Assembly: GCA_963662585.1 (NCBI GenBank)
Contig: OY759729.1
Location: forward strand, 1,920,001-1,984,000
DNA from: Candidatus Cloacimonadales bacterium
GTDB taxonomy: Bacteria > Cloacimonadota > Cloacimonadia > Cloacimonadales > JAFGVF01
DNA length: 64,000 nucleotides
Direction: 5' to 3'
Shown here: positions 59,751-64,000 of the stretch, in pieces
Position numbering within the stretch: the first letter of the stretch is position 1
Layout of the letters: each line of letters begins with the position of its first letter
The notes under the pieces: generated by a model
Databases searched by the model: none
What the model saw: only the letters and a program-made list of their open reading frames with translations
What the model was told of the DNA's origin: nothing
Position numbers and translations under genes: made by a program

Positions 59751-61228
59751 TGAATAAAAGATTTATAGTTAGGTATTTATATCGTGGAAAGCAATTTACT
59801 GTTGCCTTCTCTGAAGGAACAACAAATAAACACTTTTTAATTGGGAAAAAAATAACGGTTGGTTCTGATCCATCTCTTTTGTGGCAGATATTTAACCCTT
59901 CTTTTCCACAAAAGCACGACTTAATAGTTAATGATAATGGTGAATACTATTTTAATTTATTAAAATCTTTCTCTATCCAGGTAAAAAAAGGAGATAAAGA
60001 GTTAGATTTAGTCGAATTAAAAAGTTTAGGATTGTTGAAAGATAATCGTCTTTATCTAAAAGAAGATTATAGTGGTAGTGTGATAATTGATGAAAATACT
60101 ACTATCGATTTTAAAGCAATTCCTAAGGAAGCCGCTCTAACAACAGAACAAAAGAAACTTGTAGCACTTTGGAATAGGTGGCCTCAAATTTCTACTCAGC
60201 AGAAAGTAACAAGATTTACCATTGCCTCTGTTATCTTATTTATCATTATTTTTGCTTCAATAGTAGGATGGACTTATACTCCACCAGTAGCAAAAAATAT
60301 TTTTGATAGAACGGAAGAAAGCATGATGGTAAGTATGCAAGTAGAAGATCCTATTAAAGCAACTTTTGAGGACAAAGGAGTATATACTGAACCTGAACCT
60401 GAAGAAGGTGCAGGTGAAGAAGAGGCTGAAGCAGAAGCTGCTAAGGCCGAACAAAAAGCTCAAGAAGCTGCTAAAAAGCAAGATATCCAGAAAAGAATTG
60501 CTCAAAGAAGAAAGGCTACACAAACTTCAACTACAGAGAGATATCAAGCTGCAGGTGCAGGTGGTGGAGCTAGTGGAGCTGGAGATCTTGTGGCTGTGAA
60601 GAATAGAGTTAGAGGTATTAAAGGTTCAGGAAATAGAAATTCATCTTTTAATGTTGATGTTGATACTGGTTCCGAATATGGAGAAATTGCCGCTTCCTTA
60701 AACAGAAAAAGCAATAATGCTTTAAATACCGCAGTTATGTCGGATAAGATGGGTATTAGTGCTAAAGATGCTAAAGGAAGAAGTATTGCTGGAGTTGGTA
60801 CAGGTGTTACAGGTGATTTAGAACAGATTGCTAGTAATATAGGTGGTGGAGAAGGTGTTAAAGCACTTGAAGCTACTGAAATTACTGGTGAGGAAGTAAC
60901 TCGTGGAACAATTGAACAGAAAAAGAGAGAGCGAAAAGATTTAACAAACTCTGAAAAAGAGACTCAAATTCGTGAATGGTTTATGGTAGCTTTCCTACCA
61001 AGGATTAATCAGGAGTTTGATAGATATAAACTTAGGAAAACTATTCGTGGAGAATTAAATATTAAGTTAATTTTCAAAAATGATAAGATTATTAAAGCTA
61101 TTATAAGGGGAAAAGGAAGTATAAATGATAAAGATTTTATAGCTAGAATTGAACCTCTATTTAATAATAAATCATTTCCAAATATTGGAGATTATCAGAT
61201 TGATATTAATAATCTAAGATTTGAATAA
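59750..61228 (+). CDS. GltG/PglI-like protein: FHA-like N-terminus, TM, flexible linker, TonB_C-like (AgmX/PglI) C-terminus
   Basis: ITVGSD...FP...YYFNL...DLVELK...GSVII..TTIDF; TM FTIASVILFIIIFASIVGW; EPEPE/Ala-Lys/Gly-rich linker; IRGELNIKL...SIND...FP. Confidence 0.72.
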   Translation: MNKRFIVRYLYRGKQFTVAFSEGTTNKHFLIGKKITVGSDPSLLWQIFNPSFPQKHDLIVNDNGEYYFNLLKSFSIQVKKGDKELDLVELKSLGLLKDNRLYLKEDYSGSVIIDENTTIDFKAIPKEAALTTEQKKLVALWNRWPQISTQQKVTRFTIASVILFIIIFASIVGWTYTPPVAKNIFDRTEESMMVSMQVEDPIKATFEDKGVYTEPEPEEGAGEEEAEAEAAKAEQKAQEAAKKQDIQKRIAQRRKATQTSTTERYQAAGAGGGASGAGDLVAVKNRVRGIKGSGNRNSSFNVDVDTGSEYGEIAASLNRKSNNALNTAVMSDKMGISAKDAKGRSIAGVGTGVTGDLEQIASNIGGGEGVKALEATEITGEEVTRGTIEQKKRERKDLTNSEKETQIREWFMVAFLPRINQEFDRYKLRKTIRGELNIKLIFKNDKIIKAIIRGKGSINDKDFIARIEPLFNNKSFPNIGDYQIDINNLRFE

Positions 61229-61252
61229 TCCTAATAATCTAGTATAAAGATT

Positions 61253-61280
61253 AGAGTGAGACTTAGTCTCACTCTTTTTT
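61253..61280 (+). terminator. Intrinsic terminator closing the 7-gene operon
   Basis: AGAGTGAGAC-TTA-GTCTCACTCT-TTTTT. Confidence 0.8.
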
Positions 61281-61412
61281 CGTTATAGGGAATCTTATTT
61301 TAGGAAGTGAAATAGTAAAAAGTGAAAATTTCTACTAAATTTTATTTGACACCACACCAATAAATTAAATGCTGTTCATAAGAAATAAATATTATTGTAA
61401 TTAGGAGATAAA

Positions 61413-62639
61413 ATGAAGATATTAGTTTTAAATTGTGGAAGTTCATCAATCAAATTCCAATTAATTAATAAAGGGAATGAAGAACTTTTAGCTGAAGGTA
61501 TAGTTGAAAATATAGGTGATGAATCATCTTTATTTACCTATAAAAGTGAAAAATATACTGTAAAGAAGAAAGAAATTATTATTGCTAATCATGAACAAGG
61601 TCTTAAAGATATTATTGATCTTTTATTAGATAAGAGTAAAGGTTGCATTAGTTCACCATCAGAAATCGACGCTGTTGGACATAGAGTTGTGCATGCTGGG
61701 GAATATTTCTCTGGTTCTGTATATATTGATGATGCTGTCGTTCACGCTTTAAAAGAGTGTACTCATTTAGCGCCTCTTCACAATCCAGCAAATATTAAAG
61801 GTATTGAAGCTGTTTATAAGTATCTTCCTGGAACTCCTCAATGTGGTGTTTTCGATACAGCTTTCCATCAAACTATGCCTGAAAAAGCTTATCTTTATGC
61901 TATTCCTTATGAACTTTATGTAGAACATAAGATCAGAAGATATGGTTTCCACGGAACATCACATAAATTTGTCTCTTTAAAGGCTGCAGAATATTTAGGC
62001 AAACCTTTAACAGACCTCAAGATAATCTCTTGTCATGTTGGTAATGGTGCTTCTATCACTGCTGTTAAATTTGGTGATTCTGTAGATACTTCTATGGGTT
62101 TAACTCCGCTTGAAGGTCTAGTTATGGGTACTCGTTGTGGTGATATTGATCCTGCTATTCCCCTTTTTCTTCAAGAAAATTTGGATATGACTGCTTCAGA
62201 AGTTAACACTATGTTAAATAAGAAATCAGGAATGATAGGATTATCACAATTATCTAATGACATGAGAACTATTGAAGATGGTATTTTAAAAGACCATGAC
62301 CACAGAGCTATCAGGGCACATGATGTTTATGCTTATAGAATTAAGAAATATATTGGTGCTTATGCTGCAGCAATGAATGGTGTTGACGCTATAGTTTTCA
62401 CTGGTGGTGTTGGAGAAAACATGCCTATTTTAAGAGAATTAGTTTGCGAAGATATGGATTATCTTGGCGTAAAAATTGATAAAGAAACTAATAATCAATG
62501 GGTTGGTGGAACTTTAGATATCTCAGCAAAAGATAGTAAGGTTAAAGTTCTTAAAGTACAAACTAATGAAGAGTTAATGATTGCTATTGAAACAGAAAAG
62601 ATAATAAAAAGCAGAGAAGCTTTAAGCAAAGAAAATTAA
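61413..62639 (+). CDS. ackA: Acetate kinase
   Basis: ILVLNCGSSSIK, GHRVVH, APLHNP, FDTAFH, RRYGFHGTSH, DTSMGLTPLEG, FTGGVGEN, TNEE. Confidence 0.98.
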   Translation: MKILVLNCGSSSIKFQLINKGNEELLAEGIVENIGDESSLFTYKSEKYTVKKKEIIIANHEQGLKDIIDLLLDKSKGCISSPSEIDAVGHRVVHAGEYFSGSVYIDDAVVHALKECTHLAPLHNPANIKGIEAVYKYLPGTPQCGVFDTAFHQTMPEKAYLYAIPYELYVEHKIRRYGFHGTSHKFVSLKAAEYLGKPLTDLKIISCHVGNGASITAVKFGDSVDTSMGLTPLEGLVMGTRCGDIDPAIPLFLQENLDMTASEVNTMLNKKSGMIGLSQLSNDMRTIEDGILKDHDHRAIRAHDVYAYRIKKYIGAYAAAMNGVDAIVFTGGVGENMPILRELVCEDMDYLGVKIDKETNNQWVGGTLDISAKDSKVKVLKVQTNEELMIAIETEKIIKSREALSKEN

Positions 62640-62656
62640 TAAAGAAGATTAAAATA

Positions 62657-62682
62657 AAAGAGGTGTTGAAAAACACCTCTTT
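62657..62682. terminator. Bidirectional terminator between ackA and the radical SAM gene
   Basis: AAAGAGGTGTT-GAAA-AACACCTCTTT. Confidence 0.75.
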
Positions 62683-62689
62683 ATATATA

Positions 62690-63709
62690 TCAATTATTTT
62701 TCTCTTCAATTCTAAGTTTTACACCTTCACCACAATTGCGACATATTTCAAATGATTTTCTATTTTTAAGAATCGCATTTCTCATGTTTTGGAAAGCTTT
62801 CCCTTGCCAAATTGATAGCAAAGATTGGTCTTTAACATTACCTACTGGGAATTCAATATCTTTATCAAAGCAACAGATAGCTACCTCTCCATTCCAATTA
62901 ACTACTGGTTGTTGCCACATTCTCCGACATTTATTCTCTAGTTTAAACTTAATCTCGAAATTCTCTCCAGAGATATTATATCTACGATACTTAGGATTAT
63001 CAGGTAAAAACTTTATATCGTCTTTGGAATATATTTGAATAGTTTTAAAGCTTAATTGATCTACTGCTAGTTCTTTAGCCATATTCTTTATTTGTTCAAT
63101 CTCATGTTCATTATGCTTCATTACTAAAAATTGCCATCTGATAATTGGGGTTGGTGAATTTAGTCTCTTTTTAGCCTCTACAATCTTTTTAACATTTGTC
63201 AGAACTTTATCTAATTTTCCATTAACTCGATATTGATTATAGCTTTCTTGGGTAGCTCCATCAAGTGATACTATCATGGAGTCAATCCCTGATTTTACTA
63301 CTTCATCAGCATCCATATCAGCATTAAGATTTGTCGATATCAAGGTGAAGAGTCCAGCATCAGTGGCATACTTAACCATTTTATTAATATCAGGATTTAG
63401 ATATGGTTCTCCTTGGTTCCAAAGAATGATCATTGTACAATAATCTTTTACTTCATCGATCACTTTTTGAAAAAGCGGGAAAGACATATATCCTTTGGCT
63501 CGTTTTAGTGTGCCATTTCCAGACGGACAGAGGGGGCATTTCAAATTGCATATATTGGTCGGTTCTATCATAACAGCTGTTGGGTAACCCCAAATATGGC
63601 TTTTGTGGGTAAGATTTGATATTACCCGGGAGGTATTTCCTAAAATTAAGTTATTAACCTTTTTCCAGGATAGATTTTTTTTAACAATTCTTTTGTTTTG
63701 TTTAAGCAT
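62690..63709 (-). CDS. Radical SAM/SPASM(twitch)-domain protein
   Basis: IEPTNICNLKCPLC, QGEP, STN, SLDG; C-terminal C...GEVAICC..D...GN...C..C. Confidence 0.9.
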   Translation of the reverse strand: MLKQNKRIVKKNLSWKKVNNLILGNTSRVISNLTHKSHIWGYPTAVMIEPTNICNLKCPLCPSGNGTLKRAKGYMSFPLFQKVIDEVKDYCTMIILWNQGEPYLNPDINKMVKYATDAGLFTLISTNLNADMDADEVVKSGIDSMIVSLDGATQESYNQYRVNGKLDKVLTNVKKIVEAKKRLNSPTPIIRWQFLVMKHNEHEIEQIKNMAKELAVDQLSFKTIQIYSKDDIKFLPDNPKYRRYNISGENFEIKFKLENKCRRMWQQPVVNWNGEVAICCFDKDIEFPVGNVKDQSLLSIWQGKAFQNMRNAILKNRKSFEICRNCGEGVKLRIEEKNN

Positions 63710-63734
63710 TTATAATTTCCATTTTTTCTAGTAT

Positions 63735-64000
63735 TTAGTCTAAGACTATGAACTTCTCTCTAACAGTAACACTCTTACCATCTGCAGTAGCTTTAATGAT
63801 GTAGAAATAGGTGTTGTTAGCTATTTTATCTCCCTGCTTATCTCTACCATTCCAATTGACTTTATTGAATCCTTTTGAAACATTGGCTTCAAGAGAATTA
63901 ATTTTTTTACCAGTTATAGTATAGATATCAATTTTTATGAAGGCATCATTGCTTATCATAAAGGTAAAATCTCCACCACTTTTAGGCATTGGATTAGGAT
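63735..64000 (-). CDS. 3' end of a secreted protein with T9SS-type/FlgD-Ig sorting domain (5' end outside the window)
   Basis: Frame is open to the window edge: PNPMPKSG...IDIYTITGKKI...WNGRDKQGDKIANNTYFY. Confidence 0.75.
   Translation of the reverse strand, partial: PNPMPKSGGDFTFMISNDAFIKIDIYTITGKKINSLEANVSKGFNKVNWNGRDKQGDKIANNTYFYIIKATADGKSVTVREKFIVLD

Noticed and set aside
57735..61228. Ordinary TonB-ExbBD iron uptake or Tol-Pal locus
   Set aside because: No TonB-dependent receptor, tolB or pal nearby; two dissimilar ExbD proteins, an FHA-like TonB protein and a giant TPR partner fit Agl-Glt-like systems better
62690..63709. RiPP maturase cluster
   Set aside because: No precursor peptide, PqqD/RRE domain or transporter is visible next to the radical SAM gene

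Overview
AT-rich bacterial chromosome segment. The gene content (GWxTD, lamin-tail and FlgD/T9SS-type sorting-domain proteins, tricorn protease, ackA, His-type Thi4) suggests an anaerobic diderm, possibly Cloacimonadota-like; this is inference only. From left to right: a TPP-riboswitch-controlled thi4-thiE-thiC operon; an IS982-like MITE; a probably autoregulated membrane protein/wHTH/TPR-DUF2271 operon; housekeeping genes (purC, mazG, two-component genes, nnr, nadC, rnpB); a decayed defence island (two-gene helicase/GIY-YIG/N6-MTase R-M-like system, DUF3644/HEPN gene, tyrosine-integrase pseudogene, nested palindromic repeat); a class C group II intron inserted at a terminator; an ornithine decarboxylase with a candidate leader peptide; an RND pump; a tricorn protease; a 4 x 252-bp array of REP-like hairpins; dnaE with two GWxTD genes; and an 11-kb, 7-gene operon resembling the myxobacterial Agl-Glt motor/envelope machinery. 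That operon (OM barrel, 2141-aa TPR protein, small secreted protein, TolQ/AglR, two TolR/AglQS, GltG-like protein) is the most notable system here. All family assignments come from motif recognition by eye; no database searches were run.
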